From: a virus
Taxonomy: Duplodnaviria > Caudoviricetes
IMG/VR virus record: IMGVR_UViG_2974799246_000001
Span: 128,001-192,000 of that record
DNA length: 64,000 bases
Reading direction: 5' to 3' (one strand)
Numbering within the stretch: position 1 is the first letter of the stretch; each line of letters opens with the position of its first letter. A model generated the notes under the pieces. That model saw nothing but the letters and a program-made list of their open reading frames with translations, was not told where the DNA came from and searched no databases. Both the position numbers and the translations under genes were made by a program. Shown piece after piece: positions 39,905 through 48,427 of this stretch.

Positions 39905-40510
39905 TTATACCAGCGCACGGCCGGGAAGATCGAAGTTTTTACCAGCGGAGTAATCACCCAGCGCTTGGTAGAGAGAGTTACGCAACATCTGTTCGATGAT
40001 ATCGGAGTTATGAGCCGATGCGTCTTTGAATGCGACTTCAATCGAATCAGTTCTCGGATTTACGACAGCGTAACGCAGCGGGCAGATCGTTTGTGCTTCA
40101 CACCAGGCATCAATACGCGGCTGTAAGTCAGGCGTGATTGGGATCTGGAAGTCGGCTAGCGTAAACACTACGCTTTGAATAGGCGGTGGTGCAGACAGCG
40201 AATTGTATTTACCTTTCGTGTCGAGTCGCTCCATGGCCATAGAGGCATCATAGACAGACTGATAACCTTCGCCAACGGTTTTGATATCAGCCATCTTGAA
40301 GCTATGCGTTGACAAGCCTTTGCGAATCAGCTTGGCGATCTTGAGATCGTAATCACCAGAATCGTCAGTAGCAAAGGCAACGAACGCGTAGAAGGAGATC
40401 CCATCAGTTTCGCGCAGCAGACGATGGTCCAACACACGAAAGCCCACGACACTCGAAAGTGCCTGGGCTGTTACCTGAGGCCCCTTAGATAAGGAGACGA
40501 AGATTTGCAT
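39905..40510 (-). CDS. hypothetical protein with MQIFVSLSK leader
   Basis: TAATG-coupled ORF. Confidence 0.6.
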   Translation of the reverse strand: MQIFVSLSKGPQVTAQALSSVVGFRVLDHRLLRETDGISFYAFVAFATDDSGDYDLKIAKLIRKGLSTHSFKMADIKTVGEGYQSVYDASMAMERLDTKGKYNSLSAPPPIQSVVFTLADFQIPITPDLQPRIDAWCEAQTICPLRYAVVNPRTDSIEVAFKDASAHNSDIIEQMLRNSLYQALGDYSAGKNFDLPGRALV

Positions 40511-40848
40511 TAACGCAGAGTCTTCAACGCCTGTTTAGCTTTCGCCAAATCAGTGAAGTATTTGGCATCGTCATCGAACTCTGGTTCCATGCGAATCTCG
40601 ATGCCAGATACGTTGAAGCCAATATCTTCATCTTCATCTTTGGTGACCATGCCGAAACGAGCTACGCCTTCTTTGTAGCTAATGAAACGGAAGTCGATGA
40701 TATCTTCCGGACCGCTCAGGTCAGAAGGCATACCATCGTCCAGCAGATCGAAGAACTCTTTCTTCGTCAGCTTAGTGAACACGCTTGCCATAGCGTTGGC
40801 AGAAGTAGACGCTACAGATTCGTCCAGATTCAGTTTGATAAGAGTCAT
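40510..40848 (-). CDS. hypothetical protein with ASTSAN leader
   Basis: ORF directly after the endolysin. Confidence 0.6.
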   Translation of the reverse strand: MTLIKLNLDESVASTSANAMASVFTKLTKKEFFDLLDDGMPSDLSGPEDIIDFRFISYKEGVARFGMVTKDEDEDIGFNVSGIEIRMEPEFDDDAKYFTDLAKAKQALKTLR

Positions 40849-40850
40849 AG

Positions 40851-41420
40851 TTAAATTCCAACCTGTTTAGTGATTGTGATAACACGCTGGTACCAACCAT
40901 AAATGTTATCTTCCTGGGTTTCATCTGCCTTAGCGATGTTCTTCAACTTCGCAATACGACAGCCGTTGTAGGCATAAGCCAATACTTTGATATCGCGTAC
41001 CTTGACATAGGCGTCGAGTGCAGCGATAGTCTTAGGTCCGATATTTGCAGCAGGGGCAAAATCTGGGTAGAGTTTACCGCGCTGGTTCAGGATATTCAAC
41101 TGGTCTTGCAGTTCAGCAATCGCAGCCGGTGGTCCTGAGTTAACTGCATAGTCAAATACCCACAACGCCAGTTCTTGGCTGTACTTAGCAAGCTGATCGC
41201 ATTTGCAGAAGTCCCAGAAATTAGCGCTGTAGATAGCGTATGCGATTTCGTACGGCAGATTTTGCATATCGCCTTTATAGCCATATGCACGAGCATTCTT
41301 CTCCGTGACACCCCAACGTGTAGGGCCACCACGATCCGCCGCGCGATTTGTATACTTCTCACCACCTTCTCGGTCAATGACCTCGGCAATGGCTTTCTTA
41401 CGAAACGTCAGAGCGTCCAT
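40851..41420 (-). CDS. glycoside hydrolase family 108 lysozyme/endolysin with PG-binding domain
   Basis: EGG...DRGGPTRWGVT, FDYAVNSG, IGPKT, GWYQR. Confidence 0.88.
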   Translation of the reverse strand: MDALTFRKKAIAEVIDREGGEKYTNRAADRGGPTRWGVTEKNARAYGYKGDMQNLPYEIAYAIYSANFWDFCKCDQLAKYSQELALWVFDYAVNSGPPAAIAELQDQLNILNQRGKLYPDFAPAANIGPKTIAALDAYVKVRDIKVLAYAYNGCRIAKLKNIAKADETQEDNIYGWYQRVITITKQVGI

Positions 41421-41455
41421 AATGAGTCCTCTTATTCGACGTATCGAAATTAGCG

Positions 41456-42313
41456 TCAGACAGATAAGTTTGAAGATTTGAAGCGCATTCTAGGGCGCGT
41501 TCCAGGCACAGCGTCGAAAGATGCAAAATCAGTGCTATCGAACTTAACGAAACCGCCAAACTCATTCAGATAGCAGAACGCTTTATCCAGATGGACTGTT
41601 TCGTCCACACCCGTTTGCGTCTGATAGAGAAGGCCATCACCAGTAGTTTGCGTTAGATTGGGATATCCGCTGGAGCCACCTGTCACGCCCGCCGATGTGG
41701 CGACTTGCAACAACTGAAAAGGCAGACCAACTGACGCATACGAAGGCCTAACTTCTATGAACTTACAGGCAGGCACGCTTGTATATTGTGCTGCGATACC
41801 GATCATTTGGTTGCCGCCCTCATGAACGTATCTGATTCCTATCTGAGGAGAGCCTGATTGACCGTACGGACAGTTAGCGTCCGATAGTCGCACAGGAGGG
41901 AACACGAGAGTTCCCTGTCCATCCTGCGTGAAGGAAATTGAGCCTTCACCTATGTGCAGAGTTGTATTTGCGTCCAGACCAAGAGCGTAGGACTGAGACT
42001 CTGCAATGGAGCTAATTCCTGACAGAGTTCCGCTACCTATCTGCTTGACTATATCAGTTGTCCGCTCGATCAGAGAAGATCGTGGCTGGGTATACTTCAA
42101 ATTAGGTAGATAGTATTTGTTGTCCTTTCTACCTCGTACAGGATTGAGAAAGCCATTGAATGCCAATACTGCTCGGGCTTTACGTGCGACAGCATTCGCA
42201 GTAGTGAGGTTCGTCAGGTCGATCGTCTGACTTTCGGAGCTGTCATACAGAAATACGTTTGGATTCTGGGCGGACGGTCCCGCCAGTCCGAAAAAAGAAT
42301 GGATGTATTGCAT
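41456..42313 (-). CDS. paralogous 'MQY' family fibre/virion protein 3
   Basis: ARAVLA...LNPVRGR...YYLPNLKY and C-terminal DF...PGTRP; CTAATTT upstream. Confidence 0.6.
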   Translation of the reverse strand: MQYIHSFFGLAGPSAQNPNVFLYDSSESQTIDLTNLTTANAVARKARAVLAFNGFLNPVRGRKDNKYYLPNLKYTQPRSSLIERTTDIVKQIGSGTLSGISSIAESQSYALGLDANTTLHIGEGSISFTQDGQGTLVFPPVRLSDANCPYGQSGSPQIGIRYVHEGGNQMIGIAAQYTSVPACKFIEVRPSYASVGLPFQLLQVATSAGVTGGSSGYPNLTQTTGDGLLYQTQTGVDETVHLDKAFCYLNEFGGFVKFDSTDFASFDAVPGTRPRMRFKSSNLSV

Positions 42314-42378
42314 GAGAATTACCTCAGTAGAAAGCGGAAGGTGCTACGCGTTTAGATAAAATTAGCTCCAAGATCGAC

Positions 42379-42398
42379 AAAAGGGGCCGAAGCCCCTT
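42379..42398 (-). terminator. intrinsic terminator
   Basis: AAGGGG-CTTCGG-CCCCTTTT on the minus strand. Confidence 0.7.
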
Positions 42399-42738
42399 AG
42401 AATGTCCAACGCGTTGACCAAGCGATCAATCCTGAGATAATACCGATGTGTGACAGGTACCCGTACTGCAACACATAGCCTCTGACATAGTGCTTCATGC
42501 CGCCCTCATACGCACCATCATACACAGCAGAGATCATCGTGAACGACATAACGTAGGTGAACACATGCCACGTTGTCATCTCCATCACTTCGTTGCAGAA
42601 CACTATTAGGAATAATGAAACTGCCATGATGTACACTGTGCGTTTGGTCTCGGTTAGATTGATACCAAGCACAACAGGACGCATCAAAAAGGATGCGAGT
42701 ATCGAAACCAGCATTAGCGTTTCATAGTCGGCTGACAT
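42397..42738 (-). CDS. small multi-pass membrane protein
   Basis: Three to four hydrophobic segments in 113 aa. Confidence 0.55.
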   Translation of the reverse strand: MSADYETLMLVSILASFLMRPVVLGINLTETKRTVYIMAVSLFLIVFCNEVMEMTTWHVFTYVMSFTMISAVYDGAYEGGMKHYVRGYVLQYGYLSHIGIISGLIAWSTRWTF

Positions 42739-43043
42739 GCTGCGTCCACCTGATCAGGAGTGATGTGTGCTTTTCTACGCAGGTCGAGTGCCAGTTGCGC
42801 CTTACGTCCTATGCGGGCATACGACTCAAGATCGTCGTCGGAGTAACCGCTCATGCTTTCGCGTACATGAGACAGCTCGGCCATTTGGCGTGGACTCAGT
42901 TCGTTCGACGACTCGTAAAGAGAGGCGTGTTCGATGCGACCTAATCCCATTCCAGGGCAGATGTTCCAGATAGGCTCGGCATTAGGGTCCGTCTGCACCA
43001 TCAACGTACCGTGACGCTCAACGTCATGAATGTTACGACTCAT
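42714..43043 (-). CDS. hypothetical protein
   Basis: Start re-assigned to ATG 43043 (MSRNIHD) behind GGAG. Confidence 0.5.
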   Translation of the reverse strand: MSRNIHDVERHGTLMVQTDPNAEPIWNICPGMGLGRIEHASLYESSNELSPRQMAELSHVRESMSGYSDDDLESYARIGRKAQLALDLRRKAHITPDQVDAACQPTMKR

Positions 43044-43044
43044 A

Positions 43045-43758
43045 TCAAACTCCCTGGTTAGAAACGTAGGTGTCGGTGATGTTCGCAGTCTTCTCCACGT
43101 TACCGCGAATGTACCCAAGTTCAAACACCTGCACGTTATGTTTGACGACTGCTTCACCTGCTGTCTCACAGGCACCGCTGTGGAGATCAAGGAAGGCCTG
43201 ACACAAACGGTCTGCAACAGGCTTTGCCAAAATCTTCATCAGTGTGTGCCTCTGCATCGCAGTGAGCTTGATAGGCATCGCGTCGATCTCGCGCTCGATG
43301 TTCTTACGACCACCGTTGAATATCCACTTACAGATCGTCGCAGTCAAAGGCTTCTGGTGTGTCTTAGACGGCAAGGTGTAGATGAATGTCATCAGGCTAT
43401 AGAACAGGCTGCCGTCGATAGCGCGTTTCTTTAGGTCATCAAGGTACTGACCAACAGGCTGCAACTTACCACGCTGAGGCTGCATCTCATCCAGCTTGAG
43501 ATCAACGTCGAGGCCGAAACGCTTCAACGACTCGGAATGCCCAAACACATAGACAATATGATTAGGCATATCACGAATGGCAACGGCGTTACGGCTATAC
43601 TCCCGTGCACCAACGACAAACAAATACTTGCGATATTTCTTCGACGGGTCAATGGTGCCGCCGATAGGAACAAACGTTACTCGGTCGGCATGACCTTTCT
43701 TTTTCAGCCAGCCCATAACCTGCTCTGGGCTTTGACGTGTTACCGCGATTACAGGCAT
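43045..43758 (-). CDS. hypothetical protein
   Basis: GGAG SD; in the sbcC operon. Confidence 0.6.
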   Translation of the reverse strand: MPVIAVTRQSPEQVMGWLKKKGHADRVTFVPIGGTIDPSKKYRKYLFVVGAREYSRNAVAIRDMPNHIVYVFGHSESLKRFGLDVDLKLDEMQPQRGKLQPVGQYLDDLKKRAIDGSLFYSLMTFIYTLPSKTHQKPLTATICKWIFNGGRKNIEREIDAMPIKLTAMQRHTLMKILAKPVADRLCQAFLDLHSGACETAGEAVVKHNVQVFELGYIRGNVEKTANITDTYVSNQGV

Positions 43759-43760
43759 CG

Positions 43761-44084
43761 TTACTCCACAGTGTTGAGCGCTTTAGCCGTGTACTCACGC
43801 AGAGTACGTTCGATGTTTTCTGCCAGAGTAGGATGACAGATGAGCTGGTGGTCTTTCATGAAGACACGCAGCGACGGACGCATTACTTTGCGCGTCTGCA
43901 TCTTCATGCGCAGCGCACGGTGCATAGCGGTAGCGTAATATTCTTCCTCACGCTCCTCCATGCAGTTCGCATCTGCCACTACTTCGTACTTGGCGAAAAT
44001 GTGTGGATTACGATTGATGTACGCCGGGTCCATCGGCACACTATTCTTTTCGTGATCACGATTGAGTTGACCGAAGATCATCAT
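43761..44084 (-). CDS. hypothetical protein
   Basis: Overlaps the sbcC stop. Confidence 0.55.
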   Translation of the reverse strand: MMIFGQLNRDHEKNSVPMDPAYINRNPHIFAKYEVVADANCMEEREEEYYATAMHRALRMKMQTRKVMRPSLRVFMKDHQLICHPTLAENIERTLREYTAKALNTVE

Positions 44085-46414
44085 ATCACCTTACGGGACA
44101 GACTGGACGTTCCACCTTTCTTGGTGACTGTCCATTGATTGTTAGAGAAGTGCTCGACGTCATTCGGAGTTATCCAGTAGATGTTCGGGATAATCTGTTT
44201 GAGAATCGGCAGGAAGTTTTCAACGATGTGATTACTCACCGCAGGGCTGCAACTATTATCAGGTTCATCGAGGATGATAAAGTTCGTTCGACGGTTCGCT
44301 GGGATAAACGGCATGATCGCTACAGCGAACAGCAGTCTAAAGCAGTTAGTCTCCGCGCCGCTCATGATACCAATGTCCGTAGTCTTTTTCGAGATCATAC
44401 GGGTCACGGTAGCACCAACACCTTGCTTGGTCGTAAACAGTTCGAATCGCATAGGCTCAGGGAAGACGAGGCCAGAGTATTCGTTCAGCTTGGCTTCGAT
44501 TTGTTTCAATCGACTTTCAACGGCTTTCAATTTGAGCGCGTTGTTGCTGTATGCCTTATACAGGACTTCGAACACCTTGCGCTTATCAATCAACGGCTGG
44601 AGCTTGGCGAGCTTAGTACGGAGTTCACGTAATGTTTCCTCGTAGTGCTCATGCTCCTGCACACGCATCTGGATGCCTTGTGCCTTGCGCTCTTTCTTGT
44701 CGATATCGTTACGCAGAGATTCAGCTTCCTGTTCAATCTTTTTGTAACGTCCGTCAAGAATGTAGAACGGATCTTCTGGCTCACCGATAGCTTTCATTGC
44801 AGCGCGAAGGTCTTTCAGAATCTCAAGGTCCTTGATTCGGTTCTTGATTGTCTTACGGGCTTTCTTAGGCTGCTTGACCGCTTTAGGTTTCTTGAGCGCT
44901 GCCTTACGTGCTTGCAGCTTCTCCAGCTTCTTGGCCTGTTCGAATTGTTCTTCGATCTGGTCAAGCTGTTTGCCTGCTGCCTTGAGTTTCTTCTCAAGCG
45001 CTTTGCGATCATGCTTCGGCTTCTTCACTTTGTCTGACTGCAACGCGGTGAGTTCGGCATTCAGCTTGTGGTAGTCGATATCAGTAATGCACTCGTCAAT
45101 GATAGCCTGCGCTTTGGTTGCTGCGCGTGACATGGCTTTGATATCAACGTCCTGACCGCAAGTAGGACAAGAGTTACCATCGTGCTCATGCTCCTCAAAA
45201 GCACGATACGCCTGAACTATTGCTTTGGATTCTGCTCTGGCATCCTGTGCCTCTTCCTGAGTTCGTTTAGGACTTTTGAGCTTAGACAACCGTTTGGTGA
45301 GCTTTTCACAGGCTTCTCGCCAGTCGTCGTATTCTTCTTGTTGCTCATCTACCTTCTCCAGTAGCTCTTGGAGTTCTTCTTCCTCTTTAACTAGCTTGCC
45401 GTGTTTCTTACGCAACTTCTTGTTATCGAGGTCAGCAACATCACCAAGTGCCTTGATGCGTTTCTTAACTTCGGCCAGCTCCGCTTCATACTCCTCCAGA
45501 GCTTCCACGTAATCTTCGTAACGGTCATGCTCGATAAGCTGGCCACGCAGGTCATTCAGTTCGCCTTTGAGATCAGTAGTCTCAATGCCAAGAGTGTCCA
45601 GTTGGTGTTTCAGCTTCTCGTACTTACGCGCATTGCTACGCGCCGTACTGAGTTCTACCAGTTTACCATTCAGATCATTACGTCGGGCTTTCATCTTATC
45701 GAGATGCTTGATGATAGCAGCCAGAGTATTCTTTTCTTCGGCGTGAATGTTTAGCGCGTTTTGTTTACGCTGCGTCACGTCGAACATATCAGCCAGTCCC
45801 TTCGATTCTGTCTCGGCATCTTTGGCCAAGTCCAGCTTCTTCTTCAACGCCATACGAATGTTGTCGAAGATATCGAGGTTGAATAGCGAGGTCAGATACT
45901 TGAGGCGATCAGCAGGTGCAGCGCGTTGGAACGGATGCGAGATCTGCGACTGAATATAGCAGTAGCTGTAGAACTCATCTTTGGACAGAGGCCAGTGCTT
46001 CTGTACCCAACCACGCGCAACGTCCTGACGACCAACCTTCTGGTCTTCACCATTGAAGAACACTTGATACTTCGTGGCCGACTGTACGATACGCACAATG
46101 CCACCAAGCGGAGATTCCCACGACAGGTCGATTGAGCTACCTTTGCCGAGCATGTTCCCCTTGTCTTTCTTTTTCATCGCAAGAGGGTCAGCTTCATACA
46201 GCAAGGTAGGTATCGCAGCGAACAGCATACTTTTGCCTACGCCGTTCGTGTTGTCTTTAACGTTCGTACTATCGAGGTTCTTTCCGCAGATTGTTGCGAA
46301 GCCCTCGTTGTCAAGGCCGTCAATATCGAGTTCCTTGTACACGCCAACATCGCGCAAGTGAATCTCTTTCAGGCCGATACCGTGCTGCTGTTTCTGCTTT
46401 TGCTTCTTGGCCAT
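44081..46414 (-). CDS. sbcC: SbcC/Rad50-like ABC ATPase
   Basis: Walker A NGVGKS, coiled coil with CPTC zinc hook, signature MSGAE, Walker B IILDEPD. Confidence 0.9.
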   Translation of the reverse strand: MAKKQKQKQQHGIGLKEIHLRDVGVYKELDIDGLDNEGFATICGKNLDSTNVKDNTNGVGKSMLFAAIPTLLYEADPLAMKKKDKGNMLGKGSSIDLSWESPLGGIVRIVQSATKYQVFFNGEDQKVGRQDVARGWVQKHWPLSKDEFYSYCYIQSQISHPFQRAAPADRLKYLTSLFNLDIFDNIRMALKKKLDLAKDAETESKGLADMFDVTQRKQNALNIHAEEKNTLAAIIKHLDKMKARRNDLNGKLVELSTARSNARKYEKLKHQLDTLGIETTDLKGELNDLRGQLIEHDRYEDYVEALEEYEAELAEVKKRIKALGDVADLDNKKLRKKHGKLVKEEEELQELLEKVDEQQEEYDDWREACEKLTKRLSKLKSPKRTQEEAQDARAESKAIVQAYRAFEEHEHDGNSCPTCGQDVDIKAMSRAATKAQAIIDECITDIDYHKLNAELTALQSDKVKKPKHDRKALEKKLKAAGKQLDQIEEQFEQAKKLEKLQARKAALKKPKAVKQPKKARKTIKNRIKDLEILKDLRAAMKAIGEPEDPFYILDGRYKKIEQEAESLRNDIDKKERKAQGIQMRVQEHEHYEETLRELRTKLAKLQPLIDKRKVFEVLYKAYSNNALKLKAVESRLKQIEAKLNEYSGLVFPEPMRFELFTTKQGVGATVTRMISKKTTDIGIMSGAETNCFRLLFAVAIMPFIPANRRTNFIILDEPDNSCSPAVSNHIVENFLPILKQIIPNIYWITPNDVEHFSNNQWTVTKKGGTSSLSRKVI

Positions 46415-46626
46415 TAGAAATACTCGACAGTTTCTTCCTGTATCAGACCTTTACCATGCGTCTGCTCAAACACTTCGATTTCGTCCTGCGTGTACTCTGA
46501 GGACGATTCGGCGATCACATCATACGAGATGGATTCTTCGCGTGTGTCAGAAATGATTGGCTTGAGAATACGCCACAGAGGCAGAGCGATTGTTTCGCGC
46601 TTCAAGATTTTTGCTACGACAACCAT
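46414..46626 (-). CDS. hypothetical protein
   Basis: TAATG-coupled; start re-assigned to 46626. Confidence 0.45.
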   Translation of the reverse strand: MVVVAKILKRETIALPLWRILKPIISDTREESISYDVIAESSSEYTQDEIEVFEQTHGKGLIQEETVEYF

Positions 46627-46841
46627 TAGTGAAATACTCCAGCTGGTTCTACCCACAGTTCAGGCGCGTTGTACTGCGCACGTAATTCGTTCAGGCGATC
46701 ATCGGTCAGTGGACGATCGGAGACTAAGATGCACTGCGGCACCTTTTCTTCTTTGCCTGTTACAGGATGAATGTCGCGGTCGTGGCGCATGACATTCCAA
46801 CGTTTTGATACGGAGATATTGATTAAGGTATTGCGTTCCAT
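46626..46841 (-). CDS. hypothetical protein
   Basis: Start re-assigned to 46841, downstream of CTGTAAATA at 46880-46888. Confidence 0.45.
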   Translation of the reverse strand: MERNTLINISVSKRWNVMRHDRDIHPVTGKEEKVPQCILVSDRPLTDDRLNELRAQYNAPELWVEPAGVFH

Positions 46842-46922
46842 AGTCAAGGACCTATGTATAGTGTATGAATGATACTCGCTATTTACAGTTTTTGAGGGTA
46901 TAGACAAAAAGAAGGGCCACCA

Positions 46923-47207
46923 TTAGGCAGCCCCTGCGAATACTTTGCGCACCCCGTTATCCAGATAGTGATCTGCGTAGAAGGGTCCATTTTCGTTTTC
47001 AATACCAATGCGCCGACATAGCTGACGACGTAAGCGCCTAGGCCATACCAGCTCATCTTCAATCAGATGAATGACGGCAGGTAGTGCTTCCAGCTGCGTC
47101 ATAGTTAGGTCACGAATCTTGTCGTCAATGCGACACAGCTCCGCATAGTCCTGTTCAGGTGTTGGTACGTTGCGCACAGGCTTAGAAAGATCTACGGTGA
47201 GTTCCAT
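46923..47207 (-). CDS. hypothetical protein
   Basis: TGATG-coupled, GGAG SD. Confidence 0.55.
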   Translation of the reverse strand: MELTVDLSKPVRNVPTPEQDYAELCRIDDKIRDLTMTQLEALPAVIHLIEDELVWPRRLRRQLCRRIGIENENGPFYADHYLDNGVRKVFAGAA

Positions 47208-47653
47208 CAGTATCTCCGTGGCTTCTTAGGTTTCTTGATAGTGGATTTAGGACGCTTGATTGCTCTCAGAGCTTTACGCGCCTCAATAATCTGCTTGGAC
47301 AATTCAGAGCGACGAGCCTTAATCTGGTCCGTGTCCTGCTCAGTGCCTTTGAGTTTATCAAGGCGATTCCATTCTTTGACCAGACGATCAACTACACCAG
47401 CACGAGACACCCGCTGCTGATTGGTACGCACAATGTCCTGCTGCGTCTTCACCGAATCGCGTGTACGATTAACTTCTTCACGCGCTGACTTAACGCCTTT
47501 GGTATCACCCTCAGATTGTTTGTCGTTCAGCTTCTTACGCGCTAACTGCGAGCGGCGTTGTGCTCCCTTGAGATCATCTTTCGAATTGTCCAAGGAGACT
47601 TGAGTATCTTCGAGCGGGCTGGTACGCGCACTCAAACTGATAAGTATCTTCAT
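47207..47653 (-). CDS. basic coiled-coil protein with MKILISLSA leader
   Basis: GAGG SD; Lys-rich C-terminal tail. Confidence 0.6.
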   Translation of the reverse strand: MKILISLSARTSPLEDTQVSLDNSKDDLKGAQRRSQLARKKLNDKQSEGDTKGVKSAREEVNRTRDSVKTQQDIVRTNQQRVSRAGVVDRLVKEWNRLDKLKGTEQDTDQIKARRSELSKQIIEARKALRAIKRPKSTIKKPKKPRRY

Positions 47654-47667
47654 AAGACCTCAAAACG

Positions 47668-47693
47668 AAAAAGGGCGACCCGAAGGCCACCCT
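47668..47693 (-). terminator. intrinsic terminator
   Basis: AGGGTGGC-CTTCGG-GTCGCCCTTTTT on the minus strand. Confidence 0.75.
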
Positions 47694-47784
47694 GTGTAGA
47701 ATGGCGCGCTATGCACCCGACTGGTTAGGTCTACTACGATTATTTAACCTCGCAGTAGTGAGCGAGGAGATGGGGATCACCTCC

Positions 47785-48321
47785 TCATGCGGATTGAAGT
47801 TGAAGAATTTCTTCGTCTTCTATATCCGCGCCAGACCACGAACGAATCACGGATGCGTTTCCACGATTGCCTGTCAGCATCATCTTAACTGATGGCTTGG
47901 CATCGCGTTCTGCGTAATAGTCGGCGAGAGCTTTCTCTGTACCGAACCATAAAATGGAGTGACCACCCTTAGGGCAGATCAAGAATTGAGTAGGACGTTG
48001 TGGAACGTTCAACGTCAGATAGAAGTCACCAGCGCCAGTAGGACCAAGCATTGGCATAGGCTTCATGATCTGCTGAAAGTCTCCAGCATCTTTAAGACGT
48101 GTATCGCCCAGCAACCAGATAGCACCTTCTTCTCCCTCACGCACAGCACTCAAGGTACCTTTACGTGTTGTGATAGAGCCAAAAGTGTCTTGATCGAAAC
48201 GGGCTAGACCGAAGATGAGTGATGCGAGTTTCTTCAGGTCAGGGGTCGTGCATGGACTATCAATTTTTGCCATGCCCTCGGACCCTACTGTAATCTTCGA
48301 GAGTGATACAAAGATTTCCAT
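47785..48321 (-). CDS. hypothetical protein with MEIFVSLSK leader
   Basis: CTAATTT motif upstream. Confidence 0.6.
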   Translation of the reverse strand: MEIFVSLSKITVGSEGMAKIDSPCTTPDLKKLASLIFGLARFDQDTFGSITTRKGTLSAVREGEEGAIWLLGDTRLKDAGDFQQIMKPMPMLGPTGAGDFYLTLNVPQRPTQFLICPKGGHSILWFGTEKALADYYAERDAKPSVKMMLTGNRGNASVIRSWSGADIEDEEILQLQSA

Positions 48322-48388
48322 ATTGTCTTCCAGAGCTGTATGATTAATTGTGATATAAAATTAGTGTTTGATCAGACAATTCTGAAAC

Positions 48389-48420
48389 AAAAATGGGCAG
48401 CACAAAGGCCACCCATTTTT
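48389..48420. terminator. intrinsic terminator
   Basis: AAAAATGGG...CCCATTTTT. Confidence 0.65.
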
Positions 48421-48427
48421 CACTTAT

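Noticed and set aside
42397-42738. Holin call for the small membrane protein
   Set aside because: Separated from the lysin by a terminator and another gene, at the end of the sbcC operon; no holin-specific evidence.
47700-47790. tRNA/tmRNA call because of the ...GCCA end
   Set aside because: No T-loop (GTTCRA) or cloverleaf.
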